Notes under the pieces: generated by a model | Database searches by the model: none | The model's input: only the letters and a program-made list of their open reading frames with translations | Told to the model about the DNA's origin: nothing | Made by a program: the position numbers and the translations under genes | Source: Lama guanicoe | Lineage: Eukaryota | Assembly (NCBI GenBank): GCA_013239625.1 | Contig: MU054187.1 | Span: forward strand, 2,675,757 to 2,739,756 | Direction: 5' to 3' | DNA: 64,000 bases | Shown: positions 47,230 through 60,700 of the stretch, piece after piece | Layout of the letters: each line of letters begins with the position of its first letter | Numbering within the stretch: position 1 is the first letter of the stretch

Positions 47230-49030
47230 TGGGGTTTATGGAAAACGTAAGATGGTTCATCATTAGAAAATGTATTACCTTTATTCATCATGTTAAAAAT
47301 TTAAGGGGGGAAATCATAATTATACCAGTAGATGACCAAAAAAAGCAAATAGTTAAATTTATGAGCCAATTCTAATTCCTTTTTTTTGAAAAAGATTTAA
47401 GAAAAAGAGGGACCAAAGAAAATTACCTTGGAAAGAAAGAAGCACAGTTATCAGTTGCAAAGACATGACAATATTTCTAAAAATCCAATAAATTCAACAG
47501 TAATTGTTAAATAAGAGAATTGACAAGGTGGCTATATAGAAGACAAAATAAAAAATAAATATTACTTTCCTTTTTATTAGCATTGAACAATTAGAAGCTG
47601 AAATGAGAAAAGTCATATTCAAGATACTATCAAAATTAGTCTGGAAAATACCTAAGAACTGTTTAATAAGAGAAGCATATATTTTTATTAAGCGAAATAA
47701 AATAGGACTAAAATAAACAGAGACATACTGTAACCCCTCACGGCAAGAGCAGTGGCATACAGATGCCGCTTCTGCTCAGATCCGTGCACGGCCGTAATGC
47801 AGATCTGAGTAGTGTCCCAGAGAATTATTTTGGAAAACAAACAGGTTGATTTTAAAATTTATTTGGAAGGCTATAGCAAGAGTTTGAAAAAGAAGAATCA
47901 CGAGGAGGAATTTGCTAACATATTAAAATATATAATTATTTAAATCAAAATAGTTGGGTACTGGTACGGAGACAGGTATCAGTGGCACATGTGTAGTGGG
48001 TTTAACACTGTGATAATGAAGGCATTTTGAAGAAAATAAGGTTACTCCCAACCTGCACACTTATAAAAACTGAAGGTGAATTGAGCCTCTAAATGTAGAA
48101 GAAAAACTGCTGTATTGGTAAGGTAACTATGTTTGGTAAGCATGTTAAGGTAACTGTGTTTAGATTTAGGACCACCTGCTCAGCATGTCTTAGGATCATG
48201 GTGGCTTAACGTAGGAAGGCATCTTGACTGTGCAAAATCGGAAGTGAGTTTGGAACCCTCCAGGGCACCCCTTCCAGGTGATGATTCAGTTACTGAGGCT
48301 GGAATAAGTGGTTTCGAGCTGTGCTACTGAAGGAAGGGAGAGAGCTGGGAGGTCCGACAGGGGTACTCGTGGCCACGGGTAGAAATGACAAGCACTGTGT
48401 GAGCCGCTCCTGCCTACATCCCATTGTCTAGAGCTGCTCATAGACTTACAACCTGACTCTAAACGTGGCGGGGTTCCTGGAAGGTCAGTCAGTATTAATG
48501 TCTCCATCAGAAGAGTGCTATAGTCAGATACAGATGCACATTTTTATAACTCAGGGTGGGGGGAACATTTCTTATGGTTGTTTAGAAAAGAAAACAATGA
48601 AAGGAAAAATACATTTGATGACAAAATAGTTTTAAGGCATTAAGCAGTGAAAGATGCTGAGAACAAACTTCAAAGGCAAGTGACAGACTGAGAGAAGGTA
48701 TTTGCCACCCAGACAAACGGCAAAGTGTTAAAATTCCTAATGTGCAGTTTCCATAAAGAGAAAACAACAAACCAATTAGAGAAGATAGCAAAGGAAATTA
48801 AAAATTAAAAAATACAGATGGTCAGTCATGTATATACAGGGAAGTACATTGCAGTACTGTTGCTAATGGCATAAAACCTGAAAATAATTTGATTTTCAGT
48901 TGGAGTCTGACTGAATTGCATGTGATGCACCTATATCACAGAACATCACACAGTCACTAAAAGAGAGTAGGGTAGGTCTTCACACTGCTCTGAACAGAAG
49001 CCATTGATAGGTAAGTGGAAAAAAAAGAGA
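47230..49030 (+). mobile_element. Highly degenerate old LINE-1 ORF2/3' fragments
   Basis: A-rich strand with ORF2-like text (aagagaattgacaaggtggctatataga; ttgattttaaaatttatttggaa; gactgagagaaggtatttgc). Confidence 0.55.
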
Positions 49031-52000
49031 TGATCACTGTGGCCAGTAAGACTCTAATTGGGGGAAGAATTAAAATTAATTGAAAATATTAATGATATAG
49101 ATAGATGATTTATAAATAATATACATAAATAGATACATAATATAAAATATGACAAAAAAGAAGAATATGGACAAAACTGTTAACTTTTGTTTTGAAAAGC
49201 AAAGGAGGGATATTCACTTTCTAGTTCATTATCGTTTTCTAAGTGGTAACTTTGATCTTTTTGAATTTTTCTGCATTGTTTAAATAAAAGCCCATGGATA
49301 ATATTCATTCATTCTTTCATTCATTCATTTATTCATTCACTCAGGTATCCATCCATCCACCCACCCATCATTCCATTTAATCATCTTACAGCCAATCAAT
49401 AGTTAAAACAAGGACCTATTCTTAGATTCTGTGTTTGCCGTGCATAGTGCAGTTAGCACTGAGTTGAGCTCAGCTCGGAGTAAGAAGACACCCAAATGTT
49501 GTTTCCTCTTTCTTGTTGACCACTGATTTGAAAACAAACCAACAAAACATGAAGAGTCTGGTCCTGGGCTGCTTGAGTGCACCATCTGGAGTGGCTTCCC
49601 TCGCCTCTAACCTTTGTCTGCCCTGGAGATGACAGATTAGTGGGGAACATCCTTTAGAATAGGAAGTGGAGGTCAATAAAATTCGCACCAGGCTTTCCAA
49701 TTTAGTATCATCCCAGCCAGGACATCCCAAAATAAAATTTGTTTCAAAAATAGACCTAGGAGGAGAAAAAGTCAGGACTGAAAACAAACAATTAATCCTC
49801 TTATGTCACTGATTCTGTGAGAAACCCAAATTAAAAAAAAAAATCAGCTTCTTGTTCAGGTGCAATGATTCTGTTGGTAAAAAAAAAAAATGCAGAACAA
49901 AAATAGTGCCGAGTCCAGCATGGTAAACGATCCTATAGAACAAAACAGGAAGCTGTTTAATGGAAGAGAAGTGACTTCAGAGTCTGAGCTGTGAACGGCC
50001 CGTTGGATGCAAAGGGTTTTTCATTTGCAAAGTGTGGTATTGGTGCTTTACTGATCACAATCGACTCGTACCCCACGTATTCTTTCGTGGCGATGCACTG
50101 GCTTATCAACTAGGTGAAGAGGCAGTGCATCCCGTATGTTAACTGATAAAGCATTTCAGGGTTGGTGCTTAGGGAAGGGAAACACATCGGTCTCTTCTAC
50201 TACATGTACTTCCAGATACACACGTTTGTGTGGGTGCATGAGATTTTGCACCGTCAGGATTTGAAGTGCAGTTGGACAGACATCCCAAAGCTACCTGATT
50301 TTTTCCATGTGATAATCTTTAAAAGAATAAGCTTCATTATAGAAATAAATATATTTTCCTATTTCTTCAAACTGTTGAGGAATGTGTATTCAAAGGTATA
50401 GGCTCCAAAGAGAGAAACATATTTCTTCCTACTATTCCATATGGTTGGTTTCTTGCTGGGAAAATCTCCATTCAGAGCAGTTTCCTGTCAGAGAGCTTGT
50501 CTCAGTGCCAAGAAAAACTGTCACCTCTTAAAAATTCTCCTCATCTAACAAAGAGGATTGGGGATTTTAAGTCCACACTCTGAAGATTCAGGCAAAACTT
50601 CTCCTTAAATGAGGCTGGTGGGCGAGGTTTTATTTTTATCTCCTTTCCCGTTTTCCAGGAGGGGAATAGACCACGTTCTAGAACGTGTTCAAGATGGAGC
50701 CGGTACGTAGCAGGGCTGATCTCAAACCAGATAACACCAACCCCCAAACTCTGGCAACATGCGCCCTTGATGCATGATCCAAAAGCTTATTTACAGGATC
50801 TGCCGGCCTCTGTCCTCTGTGATCTTAGCTGGCTGGAGTGACGGACGTACCGCGCAGCCTGAACTCACGTAGACAGCGGGGAAGCGATTCCAGGACTGAG
50901 GATCTAGGAGCCTTGGCGGAGAAGAGGGTTGTTTTGTTTTGTGAGTTGCTGTTTTCCTGGGATAAGCCCTTGTCATCCCTTTCACATACAGGGAGGCAGT
51001 TTCCTCTAAGTTGGTCCCTGAGAAGGACGTTTCTTTCTTCCTGCCCTGTCCTCTTTGCCGGAGGGGAAGGGGAGCGAGCATCCCCGAGGACCTGCCCTGT
51101 CCTCGGAGAGAAGGCTGAGAGGATGGCAGCTGACACGCAGAGGGCACTTGGTAGGAACCTGGCCCCGAGCAGGCTTCCTGAGCTGCAGTTTGGGGTCCCT
51201 CCCTGAAAGGCAGCCCAGAGGAGTCTGATGACTTGGCCGGGAACCAGTGGGCTGCTCGCCAAAGGGCAGTAAATCAAAGTGAAAACGAGGTGATATTTTA
51301 AAAGAAAACGGACACTTCTGTTTGTTTGTTTTAGAGGGCCGAGAGAAGTAAGTTATTGTAATGGTAAAGGGGTAGGAGATACAGAACAACACAGCCGTAG
51401 AGTATTTCAAAGATTTCTGTTTGTGGAACCCTTCCTGTAACGTGTCTGCTCGATTCTCCCTAAGCCAGATCCCCACATTTCTCTAGAGGAGGATGGGAGT
51501 GTGAAAATTCTAATGTCACCTGGAAGCTGGTGACCCAGGGTCAGTGAGGTTCTCAGCGCATTAACGTAAACGGAGTGCTCCAGCTCCTCATCTCCACAGG
51601 GCGGTCAGAATGTTTTCAGTGTGAAATTTCTGGTGCCCAAATCTTTCTTTTTTTTAATCCTAATTCAAGTTCTATTTCTTCTGCCCTTGATGAGTTTTTG
51701 CACTTGGACACTCAAACTTGGAAAAATGTTTCTAAACTCTCACCTCCTGCCATCTGCTGAGGAGGGGTCTGCACCCCACAGGAAGATCTCGGGGAAATCA
51801 GAACTGGGTCTCAAGAAGCAGTATTACAGGAGTGTGGATCTGGGGGTGCGTTTCCACAGAACCCAGGAGATACCCAGGCAGTTGCTAGTTTATCCCAATC
51901 ATACCTTTCAAACCCTCGGAATATAAAACATAGCTGTAAGGAGTAATGTCCTGAACGCCCAGACGCTCATCAGCCTGGTTAAGAAACATGGCATTACACT

Positions 52001-52667
52001 CTGTCTATAGCGAAAAATGCTAAGTCACCAAAGCATAACTTGAAAGCAGTACACGATGGAGTGAAAAGAATGCTAATTCTATTTTTCCTTTAAACTTACT
52101 AGCAACCTAGGTTGGGCCCCGTTTTGTGCCCGGCACGGAGGTTGCAGAGAATGACGGATACCCTGGCTGACCCGGATGTGATGGGAGATTCATACCAAAG
52201 AAAAAAAGAGAGAGAGAAAACCACAATGTAATGCACTCTAGGAAGGGCTATGGAGGATGGGTGCTCTGGGAACTGAGGGACTACAAAGACAGTCTAACTC
52301 AGAGTGGAGGTGTGGATGGGGGTGAGTTGCAGTAAAGGTTTCTCAGAGAAAGTGAGCCTTGAGCTGAGTCTGGACGGAGAGGGTTGAGCCAGGCACCCGG
52401 GAGGGAAGGAAGGAATGTCAGGCAGGGTGGCAGCATCTGTGGACTCTGGAAGCACCGGGGCGCTCATGGGCACGCGAGGTGACTGCTGAGACTTGGGTCA
52501 GCAGGAACAGGCAGGGCTGAGAGCTGGGACTTTGAGGAGGGGGTTCAAGTCATCCCAGCTGCCTGTCAGAACAAGCTCTCTGCTCAGCGATGAGGCGGGG
52601 GTTCTCACTGGAGGTGTCCCAGGAGGGCTGCAGGGAACCCTGCAGGGAACTGATGCAACGCAGTAGG

Positions 52668-52750
52668 AGTGTGTGTGCGTATGTGTATGTGCGTGCGTGT
52701 ATCTGTGTGTAAGTGTGTGTGTGTGTGTGTGTGTGTTTGCGCGCGCGCGC
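52668..52750. repeat. Imperfect (TG)n microsatellite ending in (GC)6
   Basis: gtgtgtgcgtatgtgtatgtgcgtgcgtgt...(gt)n...ttgcgcgcgcgcgc, read directly from the sequence. Confidence 0.95.
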
Positions 52751-53182
52751 TCCCCTGGGAAGGTCCATCTCTTTCCTTCCATCTCACAATGTTTCTTAAC
52801 TCTTGCAAAGGGTACAGATCTCTGTTTGGCTAGAGGAAGGCGGCCAGGTTGGAAGGTTATCACAATAGGTGAGATGACAAGTATGAAGTCCTGGGTTGAG
52901 AGAGTGACCCTTGGTTTAGAAGGAAGGACAGTTTCAGAGATAATTAGGAGATGCTTTGATGGGATTCGTTGTCTGATTGCATTTGCAGGGGGAGGAGCGG
53001 GGAGCGGTCCAGCTCAACGCTTCTCAGACTTTGAGGGGGATCCTGTCCTCGATTCTGACCAGTGGGTCTGGGACGGAGCCAGAGACTCACTTCCGGAACA
53101 AGGTTCACAGTGCTGGTGGGAGTCTGTGGCGGGGAATATACTGTGAGCAGAAAGGGTGGAAGTGATGGACTCCAGGTCCCAA

Positions 53183-53310
53183 GTTCTCAGCCCCAGCTGT
53201 TGATGTTTGGGGCCACATAATTCTTGGATATGGGGGGAGGTGCATTCTGTACACTGTAGGCTGTTTGCAGCATCCCTGACCTCTGGCCACTAGATGACGG
53301 TATCACTCCC
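53183..53310 (+). mobile_element. MER20-like hAT-Charlie element
   Basis: ttctcagccccag...tttggggccacataattctt...tgtacactgtaggctgtttgcagcatccctgacctctggccactagatg resembles MER20. Confidence 0.7.
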
Positions 53311-54964
53311 CTAGGGGAACCTCCCCACAGATCCTGGCATCACCACGCAAGGGGCTGGGGGATCCTGGGGGTGGTGGGGCTGCTCCTGTGGTTCACAGCC
53401 CTGATAAAGTCCTCTGGGTGCTTCAGGAATTATCACTACCTGGCCTCACCCACACTGATGATATTCTAATCTCTGGAGGGGGCGGGGGAGGACGCCCAGG
53501 CAGCTTGTGAAAAAAGCAGTGTTCACCCAGCTCTGCGGTTTGACGCTGCAGCACCAGGCCAGGGGACACAGCTGTCCCCTGAGCGGGGACTTCTCTGATC
53601 TGGGAGTGGTGCAGGCAGGGAGGTGGAGGGAGGAGTAAAGATAAGATTCCAGATTTAAATGCTCATGAACTCGGTATGCCTGGAGGTCATTTAGACAGGA
53701 TGCTCACTTCCATTTTCTTGGTCACTGACAAGCTGTGTGTCCTCGGGCCAGTCAGATCCATTTCCTGGTTTTAATTTTCCTCATCTGTCAACTCTGATAA
53801 TATCTACTTTATCTTAAGAGTTGATGAAAGGTAAACCACATTCATGGATGTGGAAGTAAGTAAAAGCCATCTCATACCGCCACACACACACTTACACACA
53901 CGCTCAGCTTGAGGTAGATCAGAATTTTATTTGAAGAACCGTATTTTGAAAGTTTTGGGGAACATGAGAAACATTTTATAATATCAGGGCAAGGAGTGAT
54001 TTTTCTGGGGAAAAAACAACAAACACAAAAAGCACTAATCATAATTGATATATTGAAGTAAATTAAAAATTAAAATTTTAGTTCATCAAGAGGCACCATC
54101 GGTAAAGTTAAAAGACTAACTGAAAACTGGGAAAAATATCTGCATTACACAAATTGACAGAGCTTTAGTATTAAGAAAATGCAATGAATTCCTAAAAATC
54201 AAGATGAGAAAGACAAACAACCCAGGAGGAAATAGGCAGGAGATATAAATGGGTAAGCCAAGAAGAGGGGACCAGAGTGGCCAATAAACATAGTACAAGG
54301 TGCCCAGCCTCCCCAGTTTTCAGGCAAATAAATGCCAGCTGAACCTGCAGTGAGAACTATTTCTTACCCACCAGATGGGCAGACATGACTGACATTGTAA
54401 GGCCAAAGAAACTCGTGCTGCTGGTGGCGGTATAAATTAGTAGACAGCAGTAGTACTGTCTGAGCAATTTGATAATATTTAGTAAAATTTAAAAAGCCCA
54501 ATAACCTATAGATATACTTTCATGAAAATAAATAAACTATAGCTCAAAGAATTAACACAGATAACTATCAAAGGTGATGGTGGGCAAAACGGTAAGTTAC
54601 AGAAGTGTGCAGAGTATCCCATGTACTTAAAATGTGAAAAATACGAAACAGAACTATATTTTATTTATAATTTTATAAATTCTTACTTTAGAAAAGTGCA
54701 TGAATGGGAAAATTTAAAATCAAATTCAAGATATTGAGTCTGCAGAGGAGGGAGAGAAATGAGGCTGGGGGGCTTACGCAGGGTGGGGAGGTTGAGTAAT
54801 TTGCCCCAGCTAGAAGCGGGCGGAGGGACCAAGCAGGGAGGTGGGAAGTGCAAGTGGAGCATCAAGGAATGCACAAGAAAAAAGTGTTTCAAGAAAGAGA
54901 ACCCAATTACCACGCCTTTGCTGCTGTGAAGTCAAGAGAAGTAAGAACTATGAACCAACCACAA

Positions 54965-55475
54965 TGGTAGATCACATCAAAGATGGCCACCGTCCGCTTG
55001 CCCCTTCCCGGGTGCGCATGCTTCTCCGGGTACCAGTAGGCGGAGTTCATTTCCCTCCCTGGAATCAGGGCTGGCCTTACTGGCTCACCTTAACCGCAGA
55101 ATGGAGGGGAATGAGATTGGGACTTCTGAGGCTGGGTCCTAAGCAGCCTTGCAGATTGGGAAGCCCCTCTTGGGAGCCAACCGTCATGACGAGAAGACAG
55201 TCCCCTGCAGAGGCCACGTGTAGGCACTCTGATGGACAGTCCCAACTGACCTTCTAGACAACAGCCAGCACCGCTCAGCTGCTGACTTGGTGAGTGAACC
55301 ATCTCGGTCATCCAGCCCCGTGGAGCCTCCAGGTGGTTGTAGCTGAAACGTCAGCTTCAGGAGGGACCTCACAGGAGAGCCTCCAGGGGGAGCCCAGATG
55401 ACCCACGGAGCTGGGAGATCATATTACATTGTTGTTTTAAGCCACTGAGTTTTGGGGTATTTTGTTACACAGGAC
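54965..55475 (+). mobile_element. MaLR solo LTR (MLT1H-like)
   Basis: aaagatggccacc...ttccctccctggaatcagggctggcc...gacttctgaggctgggtc...gttgttttaagccactgagtttttggggtattttgttacaca. Confidence 0.7.
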
Positions 55476-56949
55476 AAAAATGGCCCCTTGGGGTGTAGAC
55501 TGGAGTAATCTCAAGGGAGTGGTGGGAGCTGAGTGAGGAGGACGGGAGGTAAGAGGTGGAGACAGGGACTGTGGACAACTCTCAGGAACTTCGCAGCTAA
55601 GGGAACAAAGGCGGGGGGGGGGTGAGAACAAACGCTGGATTTGGGGAGAAAGGGGGTTTTTATTTTCTTTTTGAAGACAGGACATTCTAGAGCATGTGTG
55701 ATACCACAGAGGAGGAGATGGATGTCACTGGAACTCAGAAGTGAAAAGGCACGAGACTCTGATGGAGAGTTTCACCTGTGAGGGCAGGCAGGCGTGTGGT
55801 CCAGAAGCCAGCGCGCTGCTCTCCAGTGGACGGAACAGGATGGTCCTGATTTTCTCCGTGAGGCAAAGCTAACATCCGATGGGGAAAGGAATGTGTATTT
55901 TTATAAGAGGTTTGAGCCAAGAGGACAACAAAAGGAAGACAAAGCTCCTCCTCCCCCATTTCATTTTTATTATATGAGCTGCTCAGGCTCAAAAAATATT
56001 GGTGGCCATTATTTAATATCAATCAAAAAATACTACAATTTGAATCAGAGTGCAAATATACTTTTTTCGCAATTTCACTAAGCTGGGTTTTTGAATTTAC
56101 TTTCTTGTTCCGAAGACTCACTTATTCTCAAATTCTTACGTCCAATGGAAAACGTGTAAGTACATTCCAATCACAGTGTTACAGTTTAAAAAATGCGGCT
56201 TGTGAGGAAATTACCACATGGAAGCGATGGTCGTTTAGGGTTAGTGACTCGCATCCCAGTCCTGACGACTCTCCATTCTGAGAAGAGAGGTTTATTTTTC
56301 AGAATGAGATTTTCCTGAGCGCCGCTGCGGTGTCCGTACGTGCTGATGGATGTGTCTGAAGTGTGACAGGGAAACGTCCCTGGGCCATCAGGACTTAAAA
56401 CCCTCACGTGTGGTGGAGTACAGAGAAACCGCTGAGTCAGCCAGGACATGTCGAAGGCCGCCAAGCGTGTCTTAAGAGTACTGTTTTCTCCTCTTTGGTG
56501 GGATTTGAGATGCAGAATTTTGTTTGAGCATTTGTAAGAGCTGGTCAGAGTGTGAAGATGTCATGGTAAGTAAGAAAATACTCATGAAACGGAATACATT
56601 CATGTCCTTGCAACTTTTTCTTTTAGGAACGTGTATTAATAGCGACGAGGAATTTAACATGCTTTACCTTGGAAGGAGGAGGAAGAGAACAGCTCAGCTT
56701 TAGCTTTCAGTGAGTACTCGTGGTGCGGGAGCCGCTTTCTGTAATTCCACACTGACGGTGGGCAAACAAGCTGTTCGGTGAGGGGCTCTGGCCGGGTCTG
56801 GTCCCCTCCTCCACGAGCGTCATTTTTTTTTTTTAATTCCTTCAGGGCATCCGCGTTGGAAGCGCTCTGAGGAAGTCACCTTGGACGCAAGTGTTCTGAA
56901 CAGCTTTTCCTACTGCAAGTTCGGAACGTTCTGAAACCTGTTTCTCTCA

Positions 56950-57300
56950 GAGGTCATCTTTTTGAGGACACGGCGCAGGGTTCCAGCTTTGCCCCCGAGC
57001 GCGGCGCTGCAGCGGCCGCCCGTGCAGCGAGGGCGGTGCGCGTGCAGCCCCGCGCCCCCGGCCGCCGCCCCCGCGCCCCCGGGCCGGACCCGCCTGCCGG
57101 CCGTGCTCTGCGTTTGCCTGACTGCAGGCGGGTCGCGCGGAAACGTTCAGAACCCAAAGCTGTTGACTGAATCAAGTACGGATGAAAAGGGTGGCCCCCG
57201 GAATGAAGGCAAGGACGTCTTGGCCAGATTCATCAGGGGGCGCAGTGTTCCGTCTTCGAAGGGTATAAAGGGTGGAAAATGACGTCGCATTGATGCTGCC
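56950..57300. promoter_or_regulatory. Small orphan CpG island
   Basis: A sharp GC/CpG peak at ~56970-57145 with CpG-enriched flanks and no recognisable coding homology. Confidence 0.6.
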
Positions 57301-57653
57301 TCACGTGGCCGTGAATCAGCAAAACCGAGGAAGGACCCGTGGCAGCCCGTGTGCCCGAACGTGGCATCTAATCAGGTTTCTTTCTGAGGGAACCGAGGGC
57401 CACGGAGACCCAGCCCTCACCAGACACGTGAGCCAGTGGTTCGAAAGTTGGGTTTTAGAGACTCAGAATCCGGCGGAAGACACTGAGGCTTATACTGACT
57501 GTCCTTGTCTTGACATTGCAGTTAGAAGGGTTTCCTAGTGTGTTGCTTAATCATGTCTGAAAGATTATAATAATGATACCTGCTTCATAGGACTATTTTG
57601 AAGATTAACTGAATATGTTTATACTATAGGTAAAAGTTTTAATCAAATTAATT

Positions 57654-57783
57654 ATTTTTTTGAGGTGAGGTAGGTAATTAAGTTTTACTTATTTGTTTTA
57701 TTTTTAGAGGAGGTACTGGGGATTGAACCCAGGACCTTGTGCATGCTAAGCTCAGGCTCTACCACTTGAGCTGTACCTTCCCC
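57654..57783 (-). mobile_element. tRNA-Ala-derived SINE (camelid Vic-1-like)
   Basis: ggaggtactggggattgaacccaggaccttgtgcatgctaagctcaggctctaccacttgagctgtacc is the reverse complement of the family head. Confidence 0.88.
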
Positions 57784-57799
57784 ATCAAAGTTCTTAGTA

Positions 57800-60700
57800 T
57801 TAACATTATTTATTATTACTGTTCCTTCCCCAATACTATTTACTGCATCTTCAAAATAATGTGTATCATTGCATCATTCTTGTACAGGTGTTTGGGTACC
57901 TGTAAACAATATATGCTTTGAAAATTTATCTACTTGTCATAATGCATATGTTTAATAATGCTTTCAGGCTGCAGAACGTTCCTGAGATTTGTTTAGGTTG
58001 ATATATGTACATCTAGTTTCTTGATTTTCATCCACGCATGACACAGATTTTACTTACTCACTGCAAGGTTGATGCACGTTTAGACACTTCCTTTTTTTGA
58101 ACTCAGTGTGCACACGGTTATCTTACACGGTTTTCACTGGGCTGTCTGAGGTGTCTGTCTAGAAGTGGATTTGTTGGGTCATAGGAACTGCATATCATCA
58201 ACCACATTACTCTTCAAAACCACATCTTACTTCTTCAAATGAGTTATAAGACTTGTCACTTCTTTGAAAAATATGGTTAGTATCATGATTAGAAGAACAT
58301 TGGACTTACTGCTCTATTTGTGGAAATTATCATTGTTAGGGTATTGAGTTTTCCTGTTCATGAGCATAGTATTTTTCTTACTTACTTAGCTCTTCTGTAA
58401 TTGCCTTCAAAAAGTAACTATAATTTTTCTTCATGTATATCTTATACATCCTTGCTTAATTTATTTGTAGGTATCTTGTAGTTTTGGTTGAACTTTGAAT
58501 GATATTTTTAAAAGATGACATTCCTAATAGATTTTTGCAGGTATTTGGTAAATCATGAACTTTTGTTCAGCGATCTTACTGAAGAAAGCATTAGTTCTTT
58601 TTTTTTTTAAAAATATATATATATTTTATTGAAGCATAGTCAGTTTACAATGTTGTGTCAATTTCTAGTGTACAGCACTGTGCTTCAGTCATATAGGAAC
58701 ATATATATATTCGTTTTCATATTCTCTTTCACCATAAGTTATTACAAGACATTGAATATAGTTCCCTGTGCTATAGATTATAAACTTGTTGTTTATCAAG
58801 AATGCATTGGTTCTAATAGTTTGTCTATAGATCCTCTTGGATTTTTATGTAGATAATTATATCATCTATTAATAAAAATACTTTCGTTTCCTCTTCAGCA
58901 CTTGGTCTTATTTCTTATTCTTGTTTTACTGTGTTGGCTAGTATTTTTACTTCAGTACAGTTGTGCACCTGCACTGTATCAGTTCTGTGTCCTCAGGTGA
59001 TCGACTGGAATAGAAAGTCCCCTCTATGGAAAGTCTGCACTAGGCATCACTATTACAGAACCTGGAGGACTGCCTGGGTTCATGTCATGGACAGACACTT
59101 AACTACCTGTGCCTCAGTATCCTGACTGATAAAGTAGGCATAATAGTGGTATCCTCTTGATAAGGCTGTTTTGAAGACTAAGTAAGTTAGTACTTATGAT
59201 ACCCTTATAGCAGGGGAAGTGAAGAGTTGTTATTCTATGAATTTCAGTTATGCTATGTAAGTTCTAGAGTTCTCCTGTGCAACATAGTGCCTGTAGTTAA
59301 CAATATTTTTGTGCACTTCAGAGTTTGTCAAGTGGGCAGCACTCATGTTGTATTTTTACCACACATGGACACACACAAAATTAAAATTAAAAAAACAAAA
59401 ACAAAGGGACGTAAGAAAACTGGGAGGAGTTGGATTTGTTTATTCCCTTGATTGTGGTCCTTGGATCATGGATTTTTGCATATGTCCAGACTCATCAAAT
59501 TTTATGCATGAAATATGTGCAGGTTTTTGTATCTATGTATCGGTTGTATCTCAGTACAAAAACAGCCAAAACCCCCTGAGAGCAGTGCCTGACATGTACA
59601 AAGAGCTCAGGAGATCGCACCCATCAGGACGTCTACAACTCGCACCACGTAAAAATGAGATCGGTCGACAAGCTTCCTTTCTCACACTAGTCCATCTGTT
59701 TTTCGATATCAAGGTTTATAAACATCAAAAAATGAGCTTAGGTTTTATTCTCTTTCTATCCTCTTGAGTGGGTTAGTGTACAATTAAGAATTATCTATTT
59801 CTTAAAGTTTTGGTAAAACTCACCTTTCAAATTGCTTAGTCCTGGAGATTTTCTGATATTGATGACTAATTCAGTTTCTTTAATGCTTATGTCTACTCAT
59901 GTTTTCAATTTCTTTTTGAGTTTATTTTGGTAATTCATATTTTCCATATTTTAAAGTTGTCAGGTTTATTGGTATAAAGTTGTTCACCATATTCTTCTAT
60001 GATATCTTAAAGTTTTAGTGTATTTTTATGACCTATTTTTTCATGGAATGGATAAAATCTGTTGTATTGGTTTGTTTCAAAGACAGCTTTTTTTGCTTTT
60101 ATCTGTCTTTATTTCTTTAATTTCCTCTTAGTTCATCAGTTTTCACTATGTATTTCCTTTTAGTGTCTTCAGGTTACCTGTGTTCCTTTATGAGCTCCTA
60201 GAGTTGTATGCTTAGCTCATGAATTTCCTTTTTTTTTCTCTTAGTATATACACTTCAGCATATGCATTCTCTCTAAACGTTGGTTTTGAGGTAGCCCATA
60301 GAGTGCTACATGCATTTAGCTCAATTACAATAAAAGAATTACAATCAAAGAAGTATTCCCTCCCACCATGCCCGTCCCCAGTTCACACTCCACAAGGACA
60401 ACTCATTTTTAACTTTTTAAACAGTTTCTTTCGTGTTTACCTCTTTATTTCTAATTAACATGATGTAGGCTCATTTCTTGATACTTCAGTTTATTATCTA
60501 CTGACCTCCTGCTGTGGAAGATAAGATGTGTTCCCTCCTCTCCGCATCTTCTCAGTGGAGTCAGTGTCGCCATTTTGAATTAAACTGATATCCAGAGTTT
60601 GCACTATTGTATGGATATGTAAGCACTGCTCACAGAAGAGCTACGTGCTATACTGTGCTTACATTTCCTCTTTGCAGACTTTTTCCTCCCTGAAGTTGAT

